DNA from: Balamuthia mandrillaris | Taxonomy: Eukaryota | Length of the DNA stretch: 64,000 nt | Assembly (NCBI GenBank): GCA_031835245.2 | Contig: JAVKOQ020000029.1 | Span: 124,001 to 188,000 of the forward strand | Reading direction: 5' to 3' | Shown here: positions 52,940 through 64,000 of the stretch, one piece after another | How positions within the stretch are numbered: position 1 is the first letter of the stretch | How the letters are laid out: each line of letters begins with the position of its first letter | Program-made: the position numbers and the translations under genes | The notes under the pieces: generated by a model | The model's database searches: none | What the model was told of the DNA's origin: nothing | The model's input: only the letters and a program-made list of their open reading frames with translations

Positions 52940-54931
52940 ATGGAGTTCTTCGGGTTTGCAGCGCCGAAGGCCAAGGTGGTGGTGTGGCGCTCTTCCTTTG
53001 AGCACCCAAACTCGTGTCACAAAGCGCTCGTTCAAACGCACTGGTTTAATTACAAGGTGAAGATCACGTTTCAAATCGATCCAGTTTGTTTGTTCGATTT
53101 TATCTCGCTCACTCCCTGTTTTTTTCTTCTTCTGCTGTCGTTCTCGCAGGTGGAAGTCTTTTTTCCTTCGCCTGTGGTAAGCAGATCAGAAGAAGAATTG
53201 GAAGAAGAAGAGCAACAGAGCCAAAGCGACAGGGCAAAGAAACGGAAGGCCATCGAGGAGAACGCAGACTTTATTAGCGTGGCCGACAGTTCGGAGGAAG
53301 AAGAAGAAGCGGAAGGGAGCTCCTCCACAAACGCAAAGGACGATACAAAAGACACCTATCATCACGACCCTGTCCACCAGCTTCTCTCTTCTTTCTCTCC
53401 CTACAGTGAAGGTAGTTTCTTCTCTCGTCTCTCGTCTCTCGTCTCTTTTCTGTTCCTTCTCCTCTTCTATGCTATCCCCTCTCTTATCTCGAAAAAATAT
53501 CCACAACAGAGTCTTCGCCCAACGACATCTTTTACTTTTTGCCAAACTGTTCTCTTTCACGACTGCTGGAGCCCTCCTTTCTCAACGCTCACGTTCGCCA
53601 AGGAGAGCTTCGTGCGATATCCATCGGCTCTCGTATCGATGCACAGAACGTATGTGCCATTCTGCCTAACGGCAAAATGTTGCTCTCTCTCGACAAAGAC
53701 ACGTACGAGCAATTGGGTTTGACAGGAAGGAAAGCCGCCTTTCCTCCTCGACATTCCCAGGAGTGGGGTAAATCTCTTGCCTCTCTTTTCTTCTTTGTAT
53801 TGTTGTTTATCTAATGCTGCCTTTCTTTTAAAAAACTGTAAAAAGATGTAAGCTTAGATTTACGTGCTGCTTCATTTCGACCAGGCAAAAACCTGTACGA
53901 CCGTGTAAAGTGGTGCTTAGGAGAGGATCGCCTTGCTGGTATTGATTTGTTGTTAGCGTGGTGCCCTCAACTAGGTTTGTTTATTCTCTTTTATGTTTCA
54001 TTCTCGTCCGTCGTTTCTCTTTCCCTATTTGCAACTTGCTTACTTTCATTGTTGTAGGCTCTGCTCCGGCAGAGATGACGTTTCCAGAAGAAGTGCAGCA
54101 CAAACAACTGCGGTTAAAGTCTGAACAACACTTTTTCAAGAGCATCCGAGTGCCGATTTTGGAGCAGCGCGTACTGGATGAAGCTCTGATCTACGAGACG
54201 GATCATCGTCGTCGTCACAAGAAACAAAAAGACAAAAAGAATCACAACAACAAAGGAAAGAGTGGTGCAACAAATGCAAAGAAAAAAGATAAAGAGAAAG
54301 CAGACAAGGAAGGGGTGTCAGAAAAAGAAGAGAAAGAAGAGGAGGAAGAGGAAGATGTGTTAAAGACAGAGCTAACAAAGCAAGACAAAGCCGGTGCGGA
54401 CACGGAACAACTCAAAGGTAAACTCGCGGAAACAGGACAACTCTTCCTCCTCGAATTGTACGAATGCATTGGCATGATTTCTTCCAGGGCAGAAACGTAC
54501 TATTCTCTCCTCTTCTCTTTCCTCCGCTATCTCTCTCGTTATGAAACCGCCAACCCTAACTCTCATTTCCAAAACAATCAAGTCTTTCATCACCGAATGG
54601 CATGCTCTCACCTTCCTCCGACTCCCCCTTCACCTTCACCTACCTGAACGAGTTCTACGAGGCCTCTCGCGGCTACTCCTTCTCCTGGCGCGGCCTCCTC
54701 CTCCCTCACCACATCACCCAATGCTTGAACCTCGCCAGAAAGCACGTCCGCGAGGGGATCGTCCCTTTTGCCATTGTGTCCGTTTGGGGCTTCCAGGACA
54801 GCCCGGTCTCTTGGGGCAAACATCAACACTCGTTCCTCTACGGCGGCGAGAACGACTACACGTTCGTGGTGCTCCCGCATGAGCAGTACCTGCTCTACCT
54901 CGCCACCGGAACGTTTGATACGTTCTCTTGA
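52940..54931 (+). CDS. RPP40: Ribonuclease P/MRP subunit p40
   Basis: HWFNYKVEVFFP, GKMLLSLDKDTYEQLGLTG and FAIVSVWGFQDSPVSWGKHQHSFLYGGENDYTFVV. Confidence 0.9.
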
Positions 54932-55161
54932 AAAGAAAGAAAAAAGAAAAAGAAAGGTTAGATGACTTATTTTATTTTTTTCCTTTTATAAAATGAAATC
55001 TCGCTGAAAACACGTCCTAATTTAGTATGTACTACCAAATTAGGTTATGACCGCGTCGCTTGGATGAACAAGACACGAAACCTGCTTTCTGTTCGCAACC
55101 TGTTTTGGTTGTTCTCATCCTCCCGGTTGGGGAAAAGAACGTTGTAAAAGACGGGGGAGCA

Positions 55162-58100
55162 ATGCAGGAAGCTGAAGACGTTGTTCTGTCGTTAGGGATT
55201 TCTACGAATGGAGAAAGTTGTGCAAAACTCTATAGAAGCAAGACGCCTCCTCCTGCAAGTCCAAGCCACAAAGAGAAACGTATCTTAGCATCTCCGACGA
55301 AACGGAACTCTGCAGTTCGACTGGCCACAAAGGTAACCCAACGGAGAAAACATCAAAAAGCCAACGAGTCGAATGATTTAGAAGATAAAGCCAACAGCTC
55401 CATTGGTGAAGAAAAGCAGACGGTAATATCTAACGAAAGAAACGACGTCCCGAAGGAAGAAGATGCAAGGGCCAAGTTAACGAATGGAGGAAGGTTCTGT
55501 ACAGATGTAAATGTGGTTAGAGCCGTTTTGCTTCGTTCGAGGATGCAACTGGTTACACAGTTGTGCCGAAGAACAGATGCAGAGGAAGTCTCGGTGCTTG
55601 CAAAACTCTTGGTTACCGTGTTTGAGCATAACGGATATATCATGCAGTTAATGGAGTGGGCCATTGGTTATGAAGTCTCTGCCTCAGGTTTTGTTCTGTC
55701 TTTTAAGTTTTTCGGTGGTTTTTATCTGCTAACTTCTGTCTTCCAACAGTGGATCCAGACACTCTTCTTCGAGAAGATAGCCTTCCAAACCAACTTTTGG
55801 CTCAATACTTTGTTTTAGTGGGAGCGGACTATTTGAGGAGCACACTTCGTGGGGAGATAGCTAAAGTGCTGCGCAGTCCTCCAAACAGCGACCGAAAGGT
55901 GCGCGATGCTGCCTCTTCGTTTCTAAAAGAGATATGCAACTCCGTTGCCATATGCCCTCCGTACGTTACAACAACTGGTGTTTTTGCAATATGTGTTTTT
56001 TGCGTTGACAAAGTATTTTTCCAACAGCGAAATAACATATTTATGCCACATGTTGGGCAAAACCATCAACCAACGGTTCTCATGGTACAACACATCCTCC
56101 GTTGTGGGAAGCTTCTTTATGCTGCGTTTCATATGCCCTGCGCTCGTTTCTCCAGATAGAATTGGTTTTATTGAGGATCAAGGTAACGCTTCCTTCTGTG
56201 CCTTTCGCATCAGGACACTTCCCTTTCTCCCTTGTACTTTCTTTGTTTCCTCATTCACTTTTGAGCGTTTAATTCTTATCTGACATGTCCGTTCTCTCCA
56301 ACAGCAGGCAAGCAGTTGGCATCAGAAGTGTACAGAGGATTGGTTGCTGTAGCAAAGCTATTGCAAGCCCTAGCAAACCCGGATGAGATACAACAGCAGA
56401 CTGAGCAACAAGTACTGTCCAAATGGGATCAGTTTCTCAACTCTAAGAAACCGAACTACACCCAATTCATTACCGCCATAATCTCCATGGTGCGTTGCCC
56501 GCTTTTCCTGCTTAACTTTGCCTTTCTGTCTCTTATGTATTCGCTTTACAGAGCCCAAGATTGATGAAGGGTGAGCATTTTGCTTCAAGCCATACCCTCG
56601 TAAGCAAGGAAGAAGAGGTGGCTGCCCTGAAGTTATTACAAGAGCTCGTCATTGCTACCGACCAGAGAGAACGGGAAAAGAACGAGGAAAGAACTACTGC
56701 AAAGCTGAACTCTTGCTCCTCTTCCGCCTCATCTTCTCTGCCTTATGCAGCGGCAGAAACGATTTTCATCTATGAAGAAACAGAAGATAAAGAAGTTGGA
56801 GAAGGCGACCAACAACACACAGACGAAAAGCAAGAAAATAAGAGCCTTGTTTCTGGGTGTGTGGTTTTGCCAGAGCGATACAAGTCCGTTTTCAGCAACG
56901 CAGAAAAGGCTGTTCTTTATTGCTACAAACGGCTGAAACAGGACCGACAACAAAGCATCATTCTCTTTTCCAACAATCGAAAAGAAAAGAATCCAACATC
57001 ACCAGCAAAAATGTCGCCAACTCCTGAAGAACAAGCAACTACTTCTCAAACCGTTTCTTCCACAAAACTTTCCCCAGTTGGTCAGGAAAGAAGTTCCCCA
57101 GCATTTGTTCGTGAACGTTTTCTTCTCCTCAGCGACTCGTTGTCAGACATTCTGTTTGGGGTACTGAGAGGTTATTTCTCTGCTGCCCCTTCTGCCGCTC
57201 TTAAAACCACCGTTTCGCTAGAAGAAGTTTCAGCCCAAATCGCATCCGACCTGCTCTATGACATTGCTCACAGTATTGGCAAGAATGATTCTAGGTTCGT
57301 TAACATTTTGTTTGCAGTTTGTGTTTGTCATCGTTGCTGGTTTAAGTCCTTTTCTTTTGTCACTTTTGCACAGAATGTTTAGAGGAGGAATGGGATTAGA
57401 TACGCCAGCCTTCAACCTGGCAGTGGGGATGACCAACATAGCCACAATGGGATGGGGGAGAGTTCATATTCTCCCTGAAAGCAACTTGGACCAACGTGAC
57501 AACAACTTTTTTATCCTGGGCCGCTTCGAGCACAGTTTTGAAGCCCACTGCAAAACGAACGGGGTGGATAATGTACTAGAAGGAGATGTACGCAAGAGCA
57601 ACAGACAGCCTGTGTGTATAATGACTGGAGGTTATTTGAGCGGATGGTGCGAAGAGAGTTTAGGCGTGGAGCTGTTGAGCGCGGAGATAAGGTGTAGAAG
57701 AAGAGGGGACGGGGAGTGTTGCTTCATCATTGCACCTCCCAACATGATCAAGCAGCACATTAAAGCGATTCTGTTTCCTATTGACGAAGATGGAATCATC
57801 GTTCCAAGCGAAGAAGAAGATGTTGATGGTAAAATGGATGGAGCAGAAACAGAAAGGATGGACATGGAGAACACAGAACTGCCTTGTTCCTCAAAGAATG
57901 AAAGGAGATTCTCTAGTCCTCTATGTACGTTGGCCGTAGTTTCTGGGATTCGCAAAGAGAGAAACTAACATCCTCACTCTCGTACTTGTGTAGGCCAAAG
58001 AATTAGCAGATTGTTTATTAACTCTCTGCACGGGCCTGATGTAGTAACCAACAAAGGAGGAACGATTTCTTCCCTCTCCCACTTAGACCGATCACGTTAT

Positions 58101-59332
58101 CTCACGAGCATTCTTCCTTCAGGCTCCTCTTTTGTCTCTTCCTCTTCTTCTTCTTCTTCTTCTTCACAAGAAAGTATCAGAAAGTTATTCTCAGATGTTC
58201 GACATCATCATTCTTCAGGAACTTTGCTACTGTCAAATGGCAACGACAGAGCCATTCTAGTACGATCCAAAGCCTTCTCTTTGGGTATTTTCGCTGTATT
58301 GCAAGCCCTTTTGAAGGATTTCGGAACTCCTGCAGCTTTCTCAAAGAATACACTTTCAACGAACAATTCTATCCAAGTACAATCGACAATAGCAGAAAAC
58401 AAGACAGAAGCAGAGGTGGATGAAACAAATGTACATGCGGGTGAGACAAGAGGAGTGGGGAAGAGAGGCATAGGCAAGAAACAAGAGAAGAGCATGATGA
58501 AATGACCCAGAAGCAACACTCCGTGTGTGTCCGGGTATTACCTACGGCTTATTTCCTCTTCACTTCCAAATTATTGTTCGACGTGGCACATGCTTTGGCT
58601 GCAAAAGATGTTCGTTTGATGCTTTCAGATAGTTCCTCTTCTTCTTCTTCAAACATTTCTTCGACAATCACAAGGAAAGAAGCAACGACCGCTTTCGCTG
58701 CATTTCTCTTTCATCGTGGATGGAGCAGAGTGCAACCAAATCCGCTATCATCTGGTGAGGAGGGAGCCGCTATCGCTGCTCAAGACTTTTACTTGTTCTT
58801 TGATGCATTTCACAGTTTTGAAGTTGAACATTCTGGTAACGCCTTCCGTTGAGTTTCTCTTTATTCTTTATTGTTAACGGAATGTGAACAGGAGAGAAAC
58901 GGAGGATTGATAAGAACGCGGAGGAAGCGGAGAGCACTGTGTGCTTCATGCATGCTGGCTATTGTAGCGGTTGGTGGAGCACCGTCTTCGGAGTACCGAT
59001 GGCTACCGTTGAAGTTTCTTGTTGTGCGGTGGGCGCTCCCTCCAACGATGGATGTTGCAGGGTACCCTTGTTCTTCTTTTTATCTTCTTTCTCTTGCTTT
59101 ACTTCTCTCTTGTTTCAGTAGTGGCTAACGTTACAAACAAAAGTTCATATGTGCACCTACTCACATGGTAAAGCATTACGTCGATACGTTCATGATGGCA
59201 CAACGAAGAGAAGATCAACTATCAACCCTCTCTACGTTGCGTTTCTATGATAGCTCTTCAAATGAGCACGACGGGTCTTATTGTCATCATAGCAGAGCTT
59301 GGATGCACGATATGTTTCTCCAAAGCAAATAA
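55162..59332 (+). CDS. RasGAP fused to two XylR-N/V4R-type ligand-sensor domains (frame break near 58431-58510)
   Basis: RasGAP motifs DTLLREDS, VGADYLRSTL, FFMLRFICPALVSP and VAKLLQALAN; V4R-1 LLYDIAHSIG..GWG..HSFEA..PVCIMTGGYLSGWCEESLGVELLSAEIRCRRRGDGECCFIIAPP; V4R-2 LLFDVAHALA..GW..HSFEV..VCFMHAGYCSGWWSTVFGVPMATVEVSC..CRFICAPT. Confidence 0.85.
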
Positions 59333-59440
59333 TAAAATAAACGAAAAGCAAAACACTGATGTGTGTACAAAACTTTTTGAAAGAGAAACATGCATTGGAG
59401 AAAAAGAACAGCAGATAAAAGAAAGAGCAAAGAAAATGGT

Positions 59441-60182
59441 TCATCCGTTGTGCGTGGAAGAGGTCGACATGGCAGAAACAGCGTTGACGGAGAGAGGGAC
59501 ATATCCAGCGAGCCTAGCCTGTGTGTCTTCCCTCTCACTGTCGAACCTGTAGGCGCTGCTTGAGTAGAACTGCCTTCCTCCTCTCCTCTTTCGCCACCTG
59601 ATGCAGCACAAGGCTACCACAACTATGCTGCATGCGCAACAGAACAGAACCAGAAATGAGACGACCGATATGATTGCAATGGCTGGCTTTGTTAGTGCAG
59701 TACCTTTTATTAGAGAAACAAAGTTAGTGGAAGAAAGAAGAAAGAAGAAAGAAGAAAGAAAGAAGGAAGAAGAAGGAAGAAAGAAAGAAGAAAGAGAACG
59801 AAGAAAGAGAGGTGACGAAGAACACGACAAATAGGAGAAGAGAAGCAGAACAAAGAAGAAGAGATGTAGTTACAGCAGTCAGCGTCGTTTTTGCCACAAG
59901 AGGAGTGTTCCACGAGGATAGTGTCTTTGTAGCAGTGAGATGTGGTGCAACAACTGATGCCACTGGCACAGCTTTGGGCGCAACGAAAGTCATTGGGTGG
60001 GTATGCTTCACTAATACCTATGAGGCTGATGAGACAACAATGAGTTGATGTTGGGCAGAATTCACAACCACACTATAGCAGCAGGTAATGCTGCTTGGAA
60101 CAAAAAGGAAGACGTAAAATAAAATGTCAACGAACCTCAAGATGGAAAGAGTGACGACAACAACAATGACTCGCACCACCAT
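59441..60182 (-). CDS. Small cysteine-rich single-pass membrane protein
   Basis: Signal peptide built from exon 1 plus a 17-nt micro-exon (about 60090-60074); Cys-rich ectodomain RCAQSCASGISCCTTSHC..CGKNDADCC; TM helix followed by CCIRWRKRR. Confidence 0.65.
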
Positions 60183-60360
60183 GGTGACTTGTTACGTTGG
60201 CCTGAAGCAAGAGATGAGAAAAACGGCAACCAAACTCCTTCCCTTCTTTTCTCTTCGGTTTCTTTTTTCGTCAAATTTTTCATAATTAGGCTTTATTCCA
60301 TGACGACGCGAGTAAAATTTCCATGACGACGTGAATGAAATTAATAACATAAGTACTACT

Positions 60361-61434
60361 TCAAACGCCCACGAGAAGCTGGGTGAAGAAGTATGTGGAG
60401 GAGTAGGGATCCTTGAAGACGCCTATGCCACAGAGGTTGCTGTGCGAAAGAAGATTCCTGCAATGTCCTGGTGACCTCTGCCAACCTATTCACGCAACAA
60501 AGTAAGAATGAAAGCAGACAAGAAGAAGACAGAAGGAGAATGAAGAAGAATGAAGAAGAAGAGAATGTGAAGAATGAAGAATGAAGAGAACTGATAAAGG
60601 TGATGTACCTTCCACAGTCCTTTGAGCAATATCATCGACATCGTTGTGGAACAACGAAAAGGAGTGAGGATTGGACATCATGGCAACGTTCTCCGCAAAA
60701 GAGCGCCATCGAAACGGCGTTTGAGCCATGCGCTCCTGGAAGCCATCATGCCCCATTGGCACTCTTCCTTCCCCCATATCTTTTTTTTTCGTTTTTTTTA
60801 CAACTGTTATTTTTGAAATTTTTTCTAAAAAGAAAAGAAAAAAGAAAAAAGAAAAAAGAAAAAGAAAAGAAAAGGAAAGAAAAAAAGAAAAGCAAAAAAA
60901 ATAAGGAGAATAAAGCAGAATAAAATAGAGCACAGACCGATAGAATGGGCGAGGGCAATGACAGCCAATTGAGAACTCCACTGCAAAGCCGGCAGGCCAC
61001 GGCTCTCTCTGAACGCGTTGGTGAACAGCAAGCACCCTTTCGCTATCATCTCCTCTTCTCCTTCCGGGTCTCTTTCTTCTTCCCCTCCTCCTCTCTTCCG
61101 CTTCTTCTTCCTCTTCCTCTTCTCAGAAACGAAGGACGAAGAAAAGAATGTGAAGAGGAAGAGGAAGGAGAAGGAGGAGAGGGATAATGAGAGGAGAAGA
61201 AGAAGCAGAGGGAAAGAAAGCACGAGAGACGGAAGGAGGAACGACGAGTGAGAGAAAGAGTTCGTGTTGGTGGAGCTCAGTGGCCAGGCGCTCCTTGAGG
61301 ACAGGAACCTTTCTGGCGAACCACTCCTCCGCTTTTCTCTTTCGCTCCTTCAATCGCTGTTTTCTGTGCTGACGAGTGTTGCTGCTTGCCTGTTCGTTTG
61401 TTGCCAGTCTGTTGTTGTTGTGTGCTTCTTCCAT
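60361..61434 (-). CDS. CAP/SCP-domain protein (bacterial YkwD-like type) with a charged N-terminal extension; 3 exons
   Basis: TNAFRESRGLPALQWSSQLAVIALAHSIDM, GHDGFQER, AENVA, GWQRSPGHCRNLL, CGIGV and YFFTQL. Confidence 0.88.
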
Positions 61435-61561
61435 TTGCTTCTCCTTGTTATGGCTGGTTCTTACTTATCTCTTTCTTTCTTTCTTTCTGTCTTCTTTTTA
61501 TATTGGAGATATAACTATTCACTTCTTCTTTCTTTCGATTTTCTATATTCTTTCTTTTTCT

Positions 61562-61609
<48 letters not shown>

Positions 61610-61651
61610 AAGATATCCTGTATCTTCATCATCAAAAGAAAGTGTATTCCC

Positions 61652-63042
61652 TCAAAGCCTCGAAGAACCATCTTTCGAAGATGAAGAAGAAGCGGATGAA
61701 GAAAGAGAGGAAGAGGAAGAGGAAGAGGAATGGTAATACAGAACCTCAGAGCCAGGACGAAAGACAACCGGCAACGACTCCCCAATGATGCCAACGTAGG
61801 GAGGATCGGCCGTGGCGCTGCTCTCTGCTATCTCCAACATTTTCCGATAGAGTCCTTTATAGTGTGGCAGCTCCATAAACTCCTTCATCTGTTTTTTTTT
61901 TTGTTGAATTCGTTTACGTTAGAGAAGAATAAAAACAAGAGAACAAGAGACATAGAAGGGGCAGAGAATACATACAGGCATCCACTTGCAATCAGCGATT
62001 TCACTGGCTTGCATTTGGATGTTGGTGCTCAGTGGTTTTAGCTTGCACACAAAGTACAAGTCGGACCTGTTATGAGATTGTCAGACATGAAAGAGGGTGT
62101 GGAGAGAGAGAGAGGGAGAGAGAGAGAGACCTTCCAAAGGAAGCGGTGACATTCTGCCTAAAGCAAAGTATGGATTGAAACTCCTATGAGAGAGAAGGTA
62201 AGAGTTTGCAACGGAGAGAGAGAGAGAGAGAGAGGAGAGAGATAAGAACCGTATCAATGCCAGTCTCTTCTTTAACCTCTCTGATGGCAGCTTGCCACAA
62301 CTCCTCTCCGGCCTCCACCATTCCACCTGGAAACTGTTGTTGTAGTTGATCAGGAACACGAATAGAAGAGAGAGAGAGAGAGAAGCAGAGAGAGAGAGAG
62401 AGCAGAAAGAGCGAGAAGACAGAGACAGAGACAGAGACAGAGACAGAGACAGAGACAGAGACAGAGACAGACAGAGACGAGACAGAGACAGAGAGAGAGA
62501 AGCAGAAAGAAGCAGACCTTCCAAAAGCCAGTGATAGGTCCGTTCTTCTCTTTGATGACAAGGACTTCATTGCGCTCGTTAACAACAAAGCCACCCACGC
62601 CCACGTAGTGCGAACAAAAATCAGGCAGCGTGTTGGGTTGCCCCTCCGGCAGCCACTTTGTCATCATCACATAGTCTTTGCCGGTGTGATGGAAGGCAAA
62701 GTCAAACTTGTTTTGTTTTTTCAGTCATCAAAGAAAGCGAGAAGAAGAGAAGAGAGAACAATGAAAGCAGAGGAATAGGGATCAGAAAAAAAGAGGGAGA
62801 TAAAGCAGAAAGAAGAAGGCAAAGAGAGGAGAAAAGAACACCTCGGCGGCGATGCTGATGAGGTGGGACTTGGCGATGGGGATCCTCAGCCAGACGCCTC
62901 GTCGCCCTTGCCGCTTCCACTCCGCCAAAGCGCGCTCCAACAGCTCGCCAAAGAGAAGCAGGTCGGAGGGCAAGCTCTGCTCCTGCACCAACACGCCGTT
63001 GTAGGCGTCCACCTTCCCCTCCAGCTGCTGCCGCTGCGCCAT
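61652..63042 (-). CDS. Nudix hydrolase, NUDT6/plant NUDT2-8-like, ending in SRL
   Basis: WKRQGRRGVWLRIP, FHH, KWLPEGQPNTLP, HYVGVGGFVVN, Nudix box GGMVEAGEELWQAAIREVKEETG and SDLYFVC. Confidence 0.92.
62417..62470. repeat. (AGAGAC)n hexanucleotide microsatellite in a Nudix gene intron
   Basis: Directly visible. Confidence 0.9.
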
Positions 63043-63264
63043 TCTTTGCTTGAGAGACTTTTTGATGATCTCAACGATCAATATTTCTGAATTTTTATTG
63101 GCAGATTGTTCCTATCTCTTCTCCTCCATTGCTTATCTCTTCTCCTCTCTCATCTCTCGAAGACTTGCGTGCTGCTTGTTTTGTATTGTTATTTTGTGGG
63201 GTTGGCATCACATGCAACGCTAGCGTTCTTCTTGTTTAAACAATGTCACAACACTCTTTCTCTT

Positions 63265-63302
<38 letters not shown>

Positions 63303-63325
63303 GTTTTTTTGTTTGTTTTTGCTTT

Positions 63326-64000
63326 TTACTTGCTTCCCTTCACACTCTTCACGGCCGCATCCAGAGCATCCAAGAACTGGGCAGCGTGTTTCGGCTGGAA
63401 GATCAGCTGCGGGCGAACGCGAATGCTCTTATCGCCACAGGCGCCAGACTCCACGCCCTTGACTCGAAGGGTGTCAACTAGCTTATCCCTGTCTCCCACG
63501 GTTGAGCAGTCAAAGGCGCAGAAGGTGCCCACGCCGCGCACTCTAGACACCATGTCGGGATATTTGTCTTGAATCTCTTTAAGGCCGCTTTGGAGGAACT
63601 CTCCAGTGATGCGAGTGTTTTCAAGCAGCTGCTTCTCCTCAATCTCCTTGATGATGACTTCAAGCTGCAAAGCGCGCACTGGATCGCCCAACCATGTGTT
63701 GAAGTTACGGTAGGCCTTTTTAGTTTTTGTTGTTTCATGTTAGGAACAAGGATTGAAAAACAAGGATCGAGCCAAAAAGAAAGAAAGCAAAGAAACAAAA
63801 AGCATACCTGAGGAGGGCGGTTACGGAGGGAGTGATAGAAGCCAGCAGCTTGCATTTTCTTGGAGAAGGTCACAAAGTCGGGAGGAGTAGTCAGTCCCCA
63901 GTGTTCATGTGCCCAAAACTTGCCAGTTGCTCCCACTCCCGTTTGTACCTTGTGGAATTAGGAAATTAAGCAAGTTAATAGAGTTGAGAGAGATAGGGCC
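63326..64000 (-). CDS. ABAT: 4-aminobutyrate aminotransferase (GABA-T), 3' portion; gene continues beyond the right edge
   Basis: GVGATGKFWAHEHW, DFVTFSKKMQ (PLP lysine), FNTWLGDP, VRGVGTFCAFD and CGDKSIRVRPQLIFQPKHA. Confidence 0.94.

Noticed and set aside
57258..59332. V4R region as bacterial contamination or a recent insertion
   Set aside because: It is interrupted by spliceosomal introns with the same donor style as neighbouring genes and is spliced in frame to the RasGAP exons.

Overview
Gene-dense eukaryotic nuclear DNA with short GT-AG introns that are often filled with (CT)n or (TTC/TTG)n microsatellites. I saw no prokaryotic operon, CRISPR array, rRNA or tRNA. Gene content (RegA-type receiver-phosphodiesterase, ComC-like surface protein) and GT(A/T/G)CG splice donors suggest a free-living amoebozoan of the Acanthamoeba/Balamuthia type; this is inference. 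About 25 protein-coding genes can be reconstructed by hand: an RluA-family pseudouridine synthase, a PB1-5xUBA protein, two secreted/surface proteins, a histidine phosphatase, a PPR protein, an amino-acid transporter, an M12B metalloprotease, a 3xCH-DH-PH RhoGEF, RegA, a BCH-RhoGAP, an RA-LD-LIM paxillin-like protein, a beta-tent zinc-domain protein, a stand-alone vinculin-tail-like protein, FHIT, TMEM144, POLD2, SEC31, MSH2, RPP40, a RasGAP-V4R fusion, a Cys-rich membrane protein, a CAP protein, a NUDT6-like Nudix hydrolase and GABA transaminase. Three observations stand out: (1) a RasGAP fused to two prokaryote-type XylR-N/V4R small-ligand sensor domains; (2) a palindromic T(G/A)TCGA(C/T)A motif that recurs in most promoter regions; (3) a local cluster of adhesion/Rho-signalling genes. 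Exon boundaries were read manually and are approximate, and family assignments rest on motif recall rather than database searches.
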